From the NCBI GenBank assembly GCA_038208905.1, contig JBBQYG010000033.1, positions 1 through 30,583 of the forward strand: a stretch of DNA of 30,583 nucleotides, written 5' to 3'. Numbering within the stretch: the first letter of the stretch is position 1; every line of letters begins with the position of its first letter. This DNA comes from Candidatus Sumerlaeia bacterium. GTDB lineage: Bacteria > Sumerlaeota > Sumerlaeia > SLMS01. Position numbers and translations under genes: made by a program. The notes beneath the pieces are model-generated. The model did no database searches and was not told where the DNA came from. It saw only the letters and a program-made list of their open reading frames with translations. Of this stretch, positions 1 to 8,246 are shown in pieces.

Positions 1-1145
1 CGCTCCGCCCGCATGGCCTGCCACGCGCGGCGTGCCTCCTTCAACAGGCGCTCCGCGCTCGACTCCAGCGTGAATTTGCGGATACGCATCAGGCCGATCT
101 CCACGCGCGCGGAAACCTCGGGTGTGTATTCAACCGCCTCGTTGATGGCCGTCCGCCAACCCGAGTGATCGTCGGGATGCAGGTAGCGCGCTGCGCGCCC
201 CGCCACCTCGCGAAAGACGGGAATGTCAGAGAGCACCAACGGCGTCCCCACTGCCATCGCCTCGATCACGGGGATGCCGAAGCCCTCTCCCCGGGAGGGG
301 AGCGCCAACACCGCGGCCCGGGCCAGATAGTCGGCGATTTGGCGCTCGTCGGCTCGCCCGCGCACCTCCCACCGGGCGACGCCGCCGATCCGGCGAAGCT
401 CCTCCAGTCGCGTTCTGTCGCGCTCGTCGAACCCCACGAAGAGCAGCCGGGGCGACGCATCCTCCGCCAGCGCGCGAACGAGCACCTCGTGATTCTTGCG
501 GCGCTCCGAGCTGGCGATGCACAGCGCCAGCGGCTCGCGCCCGTCTTCGGACGCCTCGCGAAAGATATCCAGATCCACCCCGTGGTGGATCGCCACGCTT
601 CGCTCCGGCGCGATGTGCAGGCGCTTGCCAACGGCGCGGCGGGCGTCCTCCGTGGGATACAGAATCCGGTGGGCGGTGCTCGCCGTCAGGCGTGTCATCG
701 TGGAAAGGTAGGCGCGGAACTTCCAGGGATAGGAAGAAGGCTGGGACCACACCATATCATCGTGGATCATCACCATTCGCGCCGTGCGCCGCGTGACAAG
801 GGGGCCCACATAGGCCGGGGAGTAGATCACGTCGGCGCCCATTCGGCGCAGCAGGCGGGGGAGCGTCACCTGTTGCCAGTAGTCGCCGGCCGGGTGGCTG
901 GCGGGGTCGGCGGGAGTTTCCACGAAGTGCAGATGGCGGAAGTTTGTCCAGCGCGACCGGAACTCGGCATCCGCCAACGCAGGCGCGTGGCGCAGGACCG
1001 TCACGCGCCATGTCTGTATGCGCCCCGCGGCAAAGAGGCGCTCGATTCCCTCCAGATGGCGAAACACGGCATTGCCAACACCCGTCCGCGAAGGCTGGAC
1101 GGCGCGGGCATCCATGACCAGATGGAGCGCCCTCTCCCCCTTCAT
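1..1145 (-). CDS. Glycosyltransferase family 4 (GT-B fold), 3' end runs off the window
   Basis: Manual translation of the - strand from ATG at 1145 gives MKGERALHLVMDARAVQPSRTGVGNA. The GT4 signature PSRGEGFGIPVIEAMAVGTP lies in the same frame near 240-300. There is no stop before position 1, which is why the ORF track omits it. Confidence 0.9.
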   Translation of the reverse strand, partial: MKGERALHLVMDARAVQPSRTGVGNAVFRHLEGIERLFAAGRIQTWRVTVLRHAPALADAEFRSRWTNFRHLHFVETPADPASHPAGDYWQQVTLPRLLRRMGADVIYSPAYVGPLVTRRTARMVMIHDDMVWSQPSSYPWKFRAYLSTMTRLTASTAHRILYPTEDARRAVGKRLHIAPERSVAIHHGVDLDIFREASEDGREPLALCIASSERRKNHEVLVRALAEDASPRLLFVGFDERDRTRLEELRRIGGVARWEVRGRADERQIADYLARAAVLALPSRGEGFGIPVIEAMAVGTPLVLSDIPVFREVAGRAARYLHPDDHSGWRTAINEAVEYTPEVSARVEIGLMRIRKFTLESSAERLLKEARRAWQAMRAE

Positions 1146-1170
1146 GGGCCCACGGACTCCAGGGCCTGCC

Positions 1171-1638
1171 TCAAACGAGCACGCCGTTGGGCTGGATAAA
1201 GATGTCGCGGATTTCCTCCATCGACTTCGCATCCGAAATCTTCTGGAGCAGGTCAGGCTTCCTCAGCCGCATGACAATCTGGGCCAGCACCTTCAGGAAG
1301 TCCCCCGACTGGGTGTTGTTGCACCCGATCATCACCACGATATGGGTGGGCGCTCCATCCAGCGAATCGAAATCCACCCCTGCCTTGCTCCGGCCAACGG
1401 CAGCCACAAAGCCCTTGATGGAAGGGATCTTGACGTGCGGCACCGCGATTCCATAGCCTACGCCCGTCGAAACCGTGCGCTCCCGCTCGAAAACCTTCGC
1501 GCGCAATTCCTCGCGGTCGGTCACCAGCTTTGAGGTCGCCAGCAACTCGATCAACTCGTCCAGTACCTCCTCCTTCTTCGTCCCCTTGAGGTCGGTGATC
1601 CGTTCCAGGCTAATCAGGGAGTCGGGCTTGATGGCCAT
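1171..1638 (-). CDS. PTS IIA (nitrogen/fructose-type, PtsN-like) stand-alone protein
   Basis: ERERTVSTGVGYGIAVPH contains the phospho-His motif, followed by GVDFDSLDGAPTH. Start placed at MAIKPD (1638) with GGAGA upstream; the ORF-track extension to 1863 looks non-coding. Confidence 0.88.
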   Translation of the reverse strand: MAIKPDSLISLERITDLKGTKKEEVLDELIELLATSKLVTDREELRAKVFERERTVSTGVGYGIAVPHVKIPSIKGFVAAVGRSKAGVDFDSLDGAPTHIVVMIGCNNTQSGDFLKVLAQIVMRLRKPDLLQKISDAKSMEEIRDIFIQPNGVLV

Positions 1639-1804
1639 CGGCATGTTCTCCGGGGGGAATTCGTCGAGAGGACTGGAAGTGTGCCGGGGCCGGGGAGGGG
1701 TGGTCAAGGCGGGCATTGGATAATCTCCAAAGGCGGTGCCGTGCGGTGGGGCGCGGAGGAGGCGTCGGGAATGCAATGGGGAGACAGGAATGCCTGGTGA
1801 CCGT

Positions 1805-2267
1805 CTATTTCCCGATCCCAAGTTCGATGGCCAACCGGTCAAAGTTCTCCTCGTTCGCGCCAACTACGATGCCCTTCACGCTCTCGCAGACCGCAATCGA
1901 ATCGAACTGCATGCGCAAGGTGACGGCGACTCCAGCCGCTCTCTCTTCGAAAGTGGCAAACACGCGAAATTTTGGGTCGGACAGGTGGTCAAAGACGATC
2001 CGCCTGTTCGGCAATACCTGGATGAAAACACTGTGGTTCTCATGGTTCCTCGGCCGGGCCCATGAATCGTGATCGCCACTCGCCACCGGGCGTGGGATTG
2101 AACTCCCTGAATGTCTTCGTGAACCCCTTGGGCCCCCACCACCGCGCCAGAATCTCCGGATTGGTCCAGGCAGAGAACACGTCCGCCATGGGTGCCTCAA
2201 AGACTCGCGAGCTCACGATCTCGCGGTCGGGGTAGAAATCCGCTGCTGTTTCGGTGGGGAGTGGCAT
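1805..2267 (-). pseudogene. SRPBCC/AHSA1-like (activator of Hsp90 ATPase 1 family) gene with two frameshifts
   Basis: Three frames stitch into one SRPBCC domain: REIVSSRVFEAP..VFSAWTNPEILARWWGPKGF..PGGEWR (ORF 2040..2357), TIHGP (ORF 1876..2142), and NHENHSVFIQVLPNRRIVFDHLSDPKFRV..ANEENFDRL (ORF 1805..2200). GGAG RBS precedes ATG 2267. Confidence 0.85.
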
Positions 2268-2445
2268 TGCGATGCTCCGGGTGGAGTTGCAGCCGACTTG
2301 CTCGGCGAGGATGGTGACGCCTGTCCATCGGATTCCGCATCTGTGTTTGCCCAGCAAGATTGCTCACCCTTGTCGATTCGGCTTGCAGGTCTTCCCACTT
2401 TCCGACAATTCCTCCGTCGAATCGTAGATTTCGGAGAAGAAATCA

Positions 2446-2832
2446 ATGGATAGCGCGGTGCGCCTGCTGGTCGCGGATGACGATGTGGACATGCTCGAGT
2501 TGCTGCGGCGGACCCTGACGCGCGAGGGGTTCGAGGTGGTGCCGGTGTCCAGCGGCGCGGAGGCGCTGGCGATCTTGCGGCGCGACTCACGCTTCGGCCT
2601 CATGATTTCAGACGCGCGAATGCCGCCGATGGATCTGGAGCAGTTGCTCCCCGCTGTCCGGGAGGTGGCCCCAGACCTGAAGATCATTGTGATCAGTGGC
2701 TATTCCGAGTTGGATGGCTACCTTCGCCACACGCGCGAGGGCGCGTATGCGTATGTTGCGAAGCCGTTCAAGATTCCCGACTTGCTCGAGGTGATTGACC
2801 GCGCCCTGGGCCGGAGCGAGAGTGCGACTTGA
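2446..2832 (+). CDS. Single-domain response regulator (receiver only, CheY-like)
   Basis: LLVADDD, phosphoacceptor ISDARMP, IVISGY and KPF motifs; 128 aa; GGAG upstream. Confidence 0.92.
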   Translation: MDSAVRLLVADDDVDMLELLRRTLTREGFEVVPVSSGAEALAILRRDSRFGLMISDARMPPMDLEQLLPAVREVAPDLKIIVISGYSELDGYLRHTREGAYAYVAKPFKIPDLLEVIDRALGRSESAT

Positions 2833-2857
2833 CCGCGGCGCGCGTGGTGGCTAGGCT
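2829..2857 (+). promoter_or_regulatory. Putative sigma70-type promoter for the TPR gene
   Basis: TTGACC (2829-2834), 17 nt spacer, TAGGCT (2852-2857), 42 nt upstream of ATG 2900; the -35 overlaps the receiver gene stop codon. Confidence 0.5.
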
Positions 2858-2899
2858 GCGCCCTGAAATCGGGAACCGAATCCCCTCCGCGAACTGACC

Positions 2900-4789
2900 A
2901 TGCCGTCTGGCCACGACATCCACAGGCTTCACGAATTTCTTCCGTACCTTGCGGAGCGCCAGCCGGGTCTGCTCGGCATGCTGCCCGCACAGGATCGGCC
3001 CGCCGCGGGGCTGCCACTAGTGGAGTGGGTGTGGTGCCTTCCGCAAACGCGCCTGATGGAAATCTGCTCTGCCTGGGTTTTGGAATCCGTCCGCTCGCTG
3101 AAGGATTCGTCTCCGCTTGCCGCGGCGCTGGTTCGCGGTGCGCTCCTTTTCGCGGGTGAGTTTGATGTCTCGGACGCGGCCGCCGTCTCTGTCGGGCTGG
3201 CCGCGCCGCCGGGCGATCCCCGCCGCGCGGAGGTCAGGACGGCGCTTCTCAAGGCGGCGCGCATGGGCGTGCTGATTCATCTGCCGCCGACCGATCGTTT
3301 CTGCATTCCGTTTCCGGTGAGGCTTTCGTTCGAGGGAATCGACTACATCGATCCATCGGAAGCCAGCGCGATTAGGTCGAGAATGGTCCACCATTTCGGA
3401 TCGCTGGCGGAAGAGATGAGCATCCAGCCCGAGCTTGGCACGCCGCGCCACTGGCGATTCGCCAACATGCTCACGGCATACGAGTTCGCCGCCGACCTTG
3501 CGGAGAACTCCATCGGCGCGGAGGGGTTCGATTGGGCCCATCGTGGCGCCGAGGTCCAAGGCATGAAGGAGCCCATCGCGCGGCCCCTGATCCAGTTTGG
3601 CCGCTTTCTGGGCAAGGCGATGGTGCAAGTACAGTCGGGCGCGGGGGCACGCCTGCTGGGTGCGTCCGCCGTAGCAGCCAGGGACAACGCCGACGGCGAC
3701 ACCGAGGCCGAAACGTGGGGGCTGCTGGGACAGTACCACCTGCGCCGCAAGGAATTCCCCGATGCCATTCACGCCTTCCGCACGGCGGAGGGACTGCGCC
3801 GCGGCCTTGGCGACGACCGGAGCGCGGTGATGAGCATCAGCGCCATCGGCATGGCCCATCGCGGCATGGGGAATCGCGAGCTTGCCGTGCAGGAGTTCCT
3901 GCGCGCGTGCGACGCGGCCCGGCTCGCCGAACTCCGCGAGGAGGAAATCGACACGGCCAATTGCGCGGCGGGGTTGCTGATCCTGATGGGTAGGACGTTC
4001 GAGGCCGCCCGCGTGGCTCGCTCCGTGATGTCGGAAGATCGCCCCCACGGCAAATCCTTCCCCGCCGCCAGCGAACTCCTCGTCTATCTGGGCATGGCGC
4101 TGCGGCGCGAGGGACACCTCGACGATGCGCGCGCCCGCCTCTTCGAGGCGCTGGAACTAGCGCGCGGCGTGCTGCATCGTCCGGCTGAGGCGCGGTCGAG
4201 CCTCGAAATCGGGAAGGTGCTCCACGGGCAGGGCGAGATGGAAGAGGCCGCGAAGTGGTTTCGCCGCGCGCGGTCGGTGTTCACGGAATTGCACGACAGC
4301 TCTGGCGTGGCGGAATGCTATCTGGCGCTCTTCCATGCGCTCCCGGCGGAGGAGGCAGTGGCCACCGGCGAGGAATTGCTTCAGAGGGCGCTGCGCTCGG
4401 CGGACGCCCGGGGCGATCACGATCTGCTCGCGGTTGTTTGGCGGGAACGCGCAAATCTGGCGCTGCGCCGAAACGAGCCCGATGCCGCGCTCACGTTTCT
4501 CCAGCACCTCGCCGCCGCGCTCCGCATGGCCGGCGACGCGAGCGGCCTCGTCAGCGCACACGTGGGCTTGGCGGAACTCTATCTGGAGGGAAATTCCCCC
4601 GCCGCCGCAATGATGGAGGCACTCCGCGCCCAGGCGATTGGCCGGGCATACCTCCGCGACGAGCCCGCCACGCGCATCGAGGCGATGATTCGCGATCTGC
4701 TTCCCCAACTGGGGGAGGGCCAGTTCGAATTCCTGACCGAGCAGGTGACGGAGGAGCTGGAATCGGGAGAGGTCGGCCCCGCGCGCTAA
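2900..4789 (+). CDS. Tetratricopeptide-repeat protein with N-terminal STAND-like winged-helix region
   Basis: 629 aa; repeated TPR-like helices (EAETWGLLGQYHLRRKEFPDAIHAF, LLVYLGMALRREGHLDDARARLFEALEL, SSLEIGKVLHGQGEMEEAAKWF); no Walker A motif seen. Confidence 0.8.
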   Translation: MPSGHDIHRLHEFLPYLAERQPGLLGMLPAQDRPAAGLPLVEWVWCLPQTRLMEICSAWVLESVRSLKDSSPLAAALVRGALLFAGEFDVSDAAAVSVGLAAPPGDPRRAEVRTALLKAARMGVLIHLPPTDRFCIPFPVRLSFEGIDYIDPSEASAIRSRMVHHFGSLAEEMSIQPELGTPRHWRFANMLTAYEFAADLAENSIGAEGFDWAHRGAEVQGMKEPIARPLIQFGRFLGKAMVQVQSGAGARLLGASAVAARDNADGDTEAETWGLLGQYHLRRKEFPDAIHAFRTAEGLRRGLGDDRSAVMSISAIGMAHRGMGNRELAVQEFLRACDAARLAELREEEIDTANCAAGLLILMGRTFEAARVARSVMSEDRPHGKSFPAASELLVYLGMALRREGHLDDARARLFEALELARGVLHRPAEARSSLEIGKVLHGQGEMEEAAKWFRRARSVFTELHDSSGVAECYLALFHALPAEEAVATGEELLQRALRSADARGDHDLLAVVWRERANLALRRNEPDAALTFLQHLAAALRMAGDASGLVSAHVGLAELYLEGNSPAAAMMEALRAQAIGRAYLRDEPATRIEAMIRDLLPQLGEGQFEFLTEQVTEELESGEVGPAR

Positions 4790-4801
4790 CCGTCTATCTG
4801 T

Positions 4802-5431
4802 CTATACACTGGGAATCGACGCCACCGCCGCCGCCGTCAACTCCGCCACGTGGTCCCACTGGCGATTTTCGAGCAACCCCGCCGCCACGAACCAGCTTCC
4901 CCCAACGGCGGCCACCGCCGGATCCGAGAGATACGACGCCATGTTGTCCCGCGTGATTCCGCCGGTCGGAACGAAGCGGATGCCGCGATGCTTGTAGGGC
5001 GCGTGCAGCGCGCGCACCGTCTCCACCCCACCCATCGCCTCCGCCGGGAAGAATTTCAGGAGACGCGCGCCGCATTCCATCGCCGCCTCGATGTCGCTCG
5101 GCGTGCAGACGCCGGGAAAGAACGGGAGCCCGATCTCCTCCGCGCGGCGGATGATTCGCGGGTTTGTTCCGGGCGCCACGGCGAAGCTCGCGCCCGCGGC
5201 CTTTGCCGCCTCCAGTTCCTCGATCGTTGTCACGGTGCCCGCCCCCAGCAGGAAGTCGGGCAACTCCTTCGCGGCGATCTCGATGGCGCGACGGCCCGCC
5301 TCCGTGCGGAAGGTGATCTCTGCCACGCGGAGTCCTCCGGCGCGCAGCGCCTCGCCCAGCGGCACGATGTCCTCCGCGCGCGGAATCGCGATCACAGGGA
5401 TCAGGCGGGCCTTCTCGATTTCCTGAATCAT
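4802..5431 (-). CDS. eda: KDPG/KHG aldolase
   Basis: EITFRT, GAGTV, LKFFPAE and FVPTGGI motifs. Start MIQEIEK (5431) has an AAGGA RBS; alternative start 5446. Confidence 0.95.
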   Translation of the reverse strand: MIQEIEKARLIPVIAIPRAEDIVPLGEALRAGGLRVAEITFRTEAGRRAIEIAAKELPDFLLGAGTVTTIEELEAAKAAGASFAVAPGTNPRIIRRAEEIGLPFFPGVCTPSDIEAAMECGARLLKFFPAEAMGGVETVRALHAPYKHRGIRFVPTGGITRDNMASYLSDPAVAAVGGSWFVAAGLLENRQWDHVAELTAAAVASIPSV

Positions 5432-5447
5432 GGGGATTCCTTTCATG

Positions 5448-6548
5448 CTAGCGCTCGACCCGGGCGCCGCCGCCCTTCATCAACTTCTCAACCTCGCCCT
5501 GCGTCACCATCGTCGTGTCGCCCGGCGTCGTCATCGCGAGAGCGCCGTGGGCCGCGCCATAGTTAACCGCGTCGGCGGGCGACTTGCCAGCCAGTAATCC
5601 ATAGAGCAATCCCGAGGCGAAGCTGTCGCCACCGCCCACTCGGTCGAAGATCTCCAGCCCGGGTCGGCGAATCGCCTCGTGAAAACTGCCGTCCAGGAAG
5701 AGCACCGCGCCCCAGTCGTTGATCGTCGCCGATTTCGCGGCGCGCAGCGTCGTCGCCACCGCGCGGAAGTGGGGATACTCTGCCATCACGCGCGCGATCA
5801 TCTTCTTGAAGACAGCCGGGTCGAGATCGGCGAAATGCTGATCGACACCCTCGATTTCGAACCCAAGACACGCGCTGAAGTCCTCCTCGTTCCCCAGCAT
5901 CACATCCACCAGAGGGGCCAGCGCGCGGTTGACAGACTGGGCCTTCTTCTTTCCGCCGATATCGTCCCAGAGCGACGGACGGTAGTTGAGGTCGTAGGAG
6001 ACGATCGTTCCCGCCGCCCGCGCGGCCTCCATCGCTTCGCGTGCGACTTCGGGCGTGGACTCGGAGAGCGCACAGAAAATCCCCCCGCAATGCAGCACGC
6101 GCGCCCCCTCCTCCACAAAGATCTTCTTCCAGTCGATATCGCCTGGCTTGAGCTGAGAGACCGCCGTGTGGCCACGGTCGGAGCAGCCCCGAGCGCCGCG
6201 CACGCCGAAGCCGCGCTCCGTGAAGTTGAGGCCATTCCGCGCCTTTCGCCCCACTCCGTCAAAGGCGGCCCACTTCACGTGGGACATATCCACGCCGCCC
6301 TGCAGGATCAGGTCTTCCAGCAGGCGCCCAACGTCGTTATCGACAATCGCCGTCACCACGGCGGCGCGCTGGTTGAAGCACCGACGGAGGCCGCGTGCCA
6401 CGTTGTACTCGCCACCGCCCTCCCACACGTCGAAGGACCGCGCCGTGCGCACGCGGCGGTCGGCGGGATCGAGGCGGATCATCACCTCGCCCAGCGAGAC
6501 AATGTCCCAGCGGCAGTCCTCTCGCTTGCGAAACGGGATCGAATTCAT
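5448..6548 (-). CDS. kdgK: 2-dehydro-3-deoxygluconokinase (PfkB family sugar kinase)
   Basis: GGGEYNVA, YDLNYRPSLW and DRVGGGDSFASGL motifs; adjacent to eda. Confidence 0.9.
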   Translation of the reverse strand: MNSIPFRKREDCRWDIVSLGEVMIRLDPADRRVRTARSFDVWEGGGEYNVARGLRRCFNQRAAVVTAIVDNDVGRLLEDLILQGGVDMSHVKWAAFDGVGRKARNGLNFTERGFGVRGARGCSDRGHTAVSQLKPGDIDWKKIFVEEGARVLHCGGIFCALSESTPEVAREAMEAARAAGTIVSYDLNYRPSLWDDIGGKKKAQSVNRALAPLVDVMLGNEEDFSACLGFEIEGVDQHFADLDPAVFKKMIARVMAEYPHFRAVATTLRAAKSATINDWGAVLFLDGSFHEAIRRPGLEIFDRVGGGDSFASGLLYGLLAGKSPADAVNYGAAHGALAMTTPGDTTMVTQGEVEKLMKGGGARVER

Positions 6549-6558
6549 GGCGTCTTCC

Positions 6559-7356
6559 TCACAGGCGATGCAGGTTGAAACCGCCGCTCACGTCCACGAC
6601 GGCTCCGGTTGAGTAGTCGAAATCGCCACGCCCCACGGCGCTGACGACGCGCGCGATGTCCCCGGGCTGACCCCACCGGCGCTGGGGAAAAATTCCCTGC
6701 GCGATTAGATTGTCATACTTCCCCTTCACGCCCGAAGTCATATTGGTGGCGATCACGCCGGGGCGGATTTCCACCACGGGAATATCGTACTCGCCGAGTC
6801 GATCTGCAAACAGTGCCGACGCCATGGTTAGTGCAGCCTTTGAGAGGCAGTAGTCGCCCCGGCTCGTGGAGGAAGTGAACGCGGAAATCGAGGTGATGAA
6901 CGCGATGCGCGCCGCCGGGACGATGCCCGCTAGCTTGTAGCGGATCATCGCATTGGCCGCAAGCTGCGTCAGGAAATAGGGGCCCTTGAGGTTGATTCCG
7001 ATGAGGCGGTCGAAGCTCTCCTCGGTCGCAATCAGGATATCCGCGCGCTCGGTCGGTGCCACGCCCGCGTTGTTCACCAGCAGGTCCAGCCGACCAAATC
7101 GTTCCTCGGCGAAGTCGATCAGCCGCCCGCGATCCTCGGCGGAGGAGACATCACCGCGAACCACCTCGGCGGTGCCACCCGCACCCTCGATGGACTTCTT
7201 CACCTCATAGGCGCCGCGATCCGTAACCGCGGGATCTGCGGATCGACTGTTGACGATTACCGCGTATCCATCCGCCGCGAGGGCGAGCGCGATGGCCCGC
7301 CCGATCCCGGCTCCCGAGCCCGTTACCAGGGCCACGCGCTTTTCCGATTTGCTCAT
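6559..7356 (-). CDS. Short-chain dehydrogenase/reductase (3-ketoacyl-ACP-reductase-like, probably acting on a sugar acid)
   Basis: TGSGAGIG, NNAG and catalytic YCLSK motifs; 265 aa; located inside the sugar operon. Confidence 0.9.
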   Translation of the reverse strand: MSKSEKRVALVTGSGAGIGRAIALALAADGYAVIVNSRSADPAVTDRGAYEVKKSIEGAGGTAEVVRGDVSSAEDRGRLIDFAEERFGRLDLLVNNAGVAPTERADILIATEESFDRLIGINLKGPYFLTQLAANAMIRYKLAGIVPAARIAFITSISAFTSSTSRGDYCLSKAALTMASALFADRLGEYDIPVVEIRPGVIATNMTSGVKGKYDNLIAQGIFPQRRWGQPGDIARVVSAVGRGDFDYSTGAVVDVSGGFNLHRL

Positions 7357-7368
7357 GCCATGCTCCTG

Positions 7369-8196
7369 TCAGGAATGCTCAAGATAGGCGGCCTTGATCT
7401 TCTCGAGAAAGGCCGCCTGGTCCTGCGCCCAGTATTCGTCGGAGAAAATCTCAACCTCCACGGCGCCGTCGAAACCCGTCTCCTCCACCCAGCCGCGAAT
7501 GCGCCGGATGTCTATACAGCCCTCGCCCATGAGGCCGCGGTCATTCAACAGGTCGCGCGTCGGAGTGCGCCAGTCGCAGACGTGAAAGCTGAAGATCGCC
7601 TTCCCGGCTCGCCGAATCTCGGCTTGAAGGCTGGGGTCCCACCACAGGTGAAAGACATCCACCGTCACGCCAAGAAAGGGACTGCCGATCGCCTCCACCA
7701 TGTCGTTGGCCTGGGCCATTGTATTTACGGCAGAGCGGGAATCGGCGTACATGGGATGCAGCGGCTCGATCCCCAGCTTGACGCCGGCCGCCTCGGCCTC
7801 TGGGAGAACCGCCGCGATGCCGTCGGCGATCTGCTTGCGCGATTCCTCCAGCGGCTGGCCCGGCACCGCACCGCATACCAGGACAATCAGCGGGGCGCCG
7901 ATGGTGGCGGCCTCCTCGATGGCGCGGCGATTGTCATCCAGCGCGGCGGCGCGTTCCGTCGCCGTCCTGCCGGGAAAGAATCCGCCACGGCAAAGGCTGA
8001 CCACCTTCAGTCCGGAATCCTTCAGCATCCGCGCCGAATCCACTGGACCCTGCGGTGCCAGCGCCTGACGCCACACTGTGATACCCGCCACACCCGCCCG
8101 CGTATATCCGTCGATGGCCTGTCCCAGCGACCACGGCTTCGTGGTCATCGTATGAATGCACAGCCTCGACAGATCCTTCAGCGCATGAACAGCCAT
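7369..8196 (-). CDS. Sugar phosphate isomerase/epimerase (xylose-isomerase-like TIM barrel, IolE/IolI-like)
   Basis: IEPLHP, DVFHLWWD, FHVCDW, DRGLMGEGCID and VEVEIFS metal-binding motifs. Start MAVHALK (8196) preferred over 8217. Confidence 0.88.
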   Translation of the reverse strand: MAVHALKDLSRLCIHTMTTKPWSLGQAIDGYTRAGVAGITVWRQALAPQGPVDSARMLKDSGLKVVSLCRGGFFPGRTATERAAALDDNRRAIEEAATIGAPLIVLVCGAVPGQPLEESRKQIADGIAAVLPEAEAAGVKLGIEPLHPMYADSRSAVNTMAQANDMVEAIGSPFLGVTVDVFHLWWDPSLQAEIRRAGKAIFSFHVCDWRTPTRDLLNDRGLMGEGCIDIRRIRGWVEETGFDGAVEVEIFSDEYWAQDQAAFLEKIKAAYLEHS

Positions 8197-8218
8197 TTCA
8201 CCACCCTGTGTTGGCACG

Positions 8219-8246
8219 ATTCCCTATTCCCTATTCCCTATTCCCT
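8219..8246. repeat. Intergenic heptamer tandem repeat (ATTCCCT)x4
   Basis: Four exact copies read directly from 8219-8246, abutting the stop codon of the oxidoreductase gene. Confidence 0.9.

Noticed and set aside
165-1199. 344-aa + strand ORF
   Set aside because: Antisense shadow of the GT4 gene, whose signature motif is on the - strand.
1736-2065. 109-aa + strand ORF with an apparent RBS before ATG 1790
   Set aside because: Lies antisense to the C-terminal half of the frameshifted SRPBCC gene, which has recognisable family motifs.
2620-2645. Receiver motif MPPMDL instead of MPxMDG as a sign of a pseudo-receiver
   Set aside because: The acidic pocket, phospho-Asp, Ser and Lys are all retained, so it is probably functional.
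8210-8230. TTGGCACG perfect sigma-54 -24 element
   Set aside because: No TTGC at -12 (runs into the heptamer repeat), and it points antisense to the operon.
8219-8246. Tandem repeat as a possible CRISPR remnant
   Set aside because: 7-bp units without spacers and no cas genes; it is a microsatellite.
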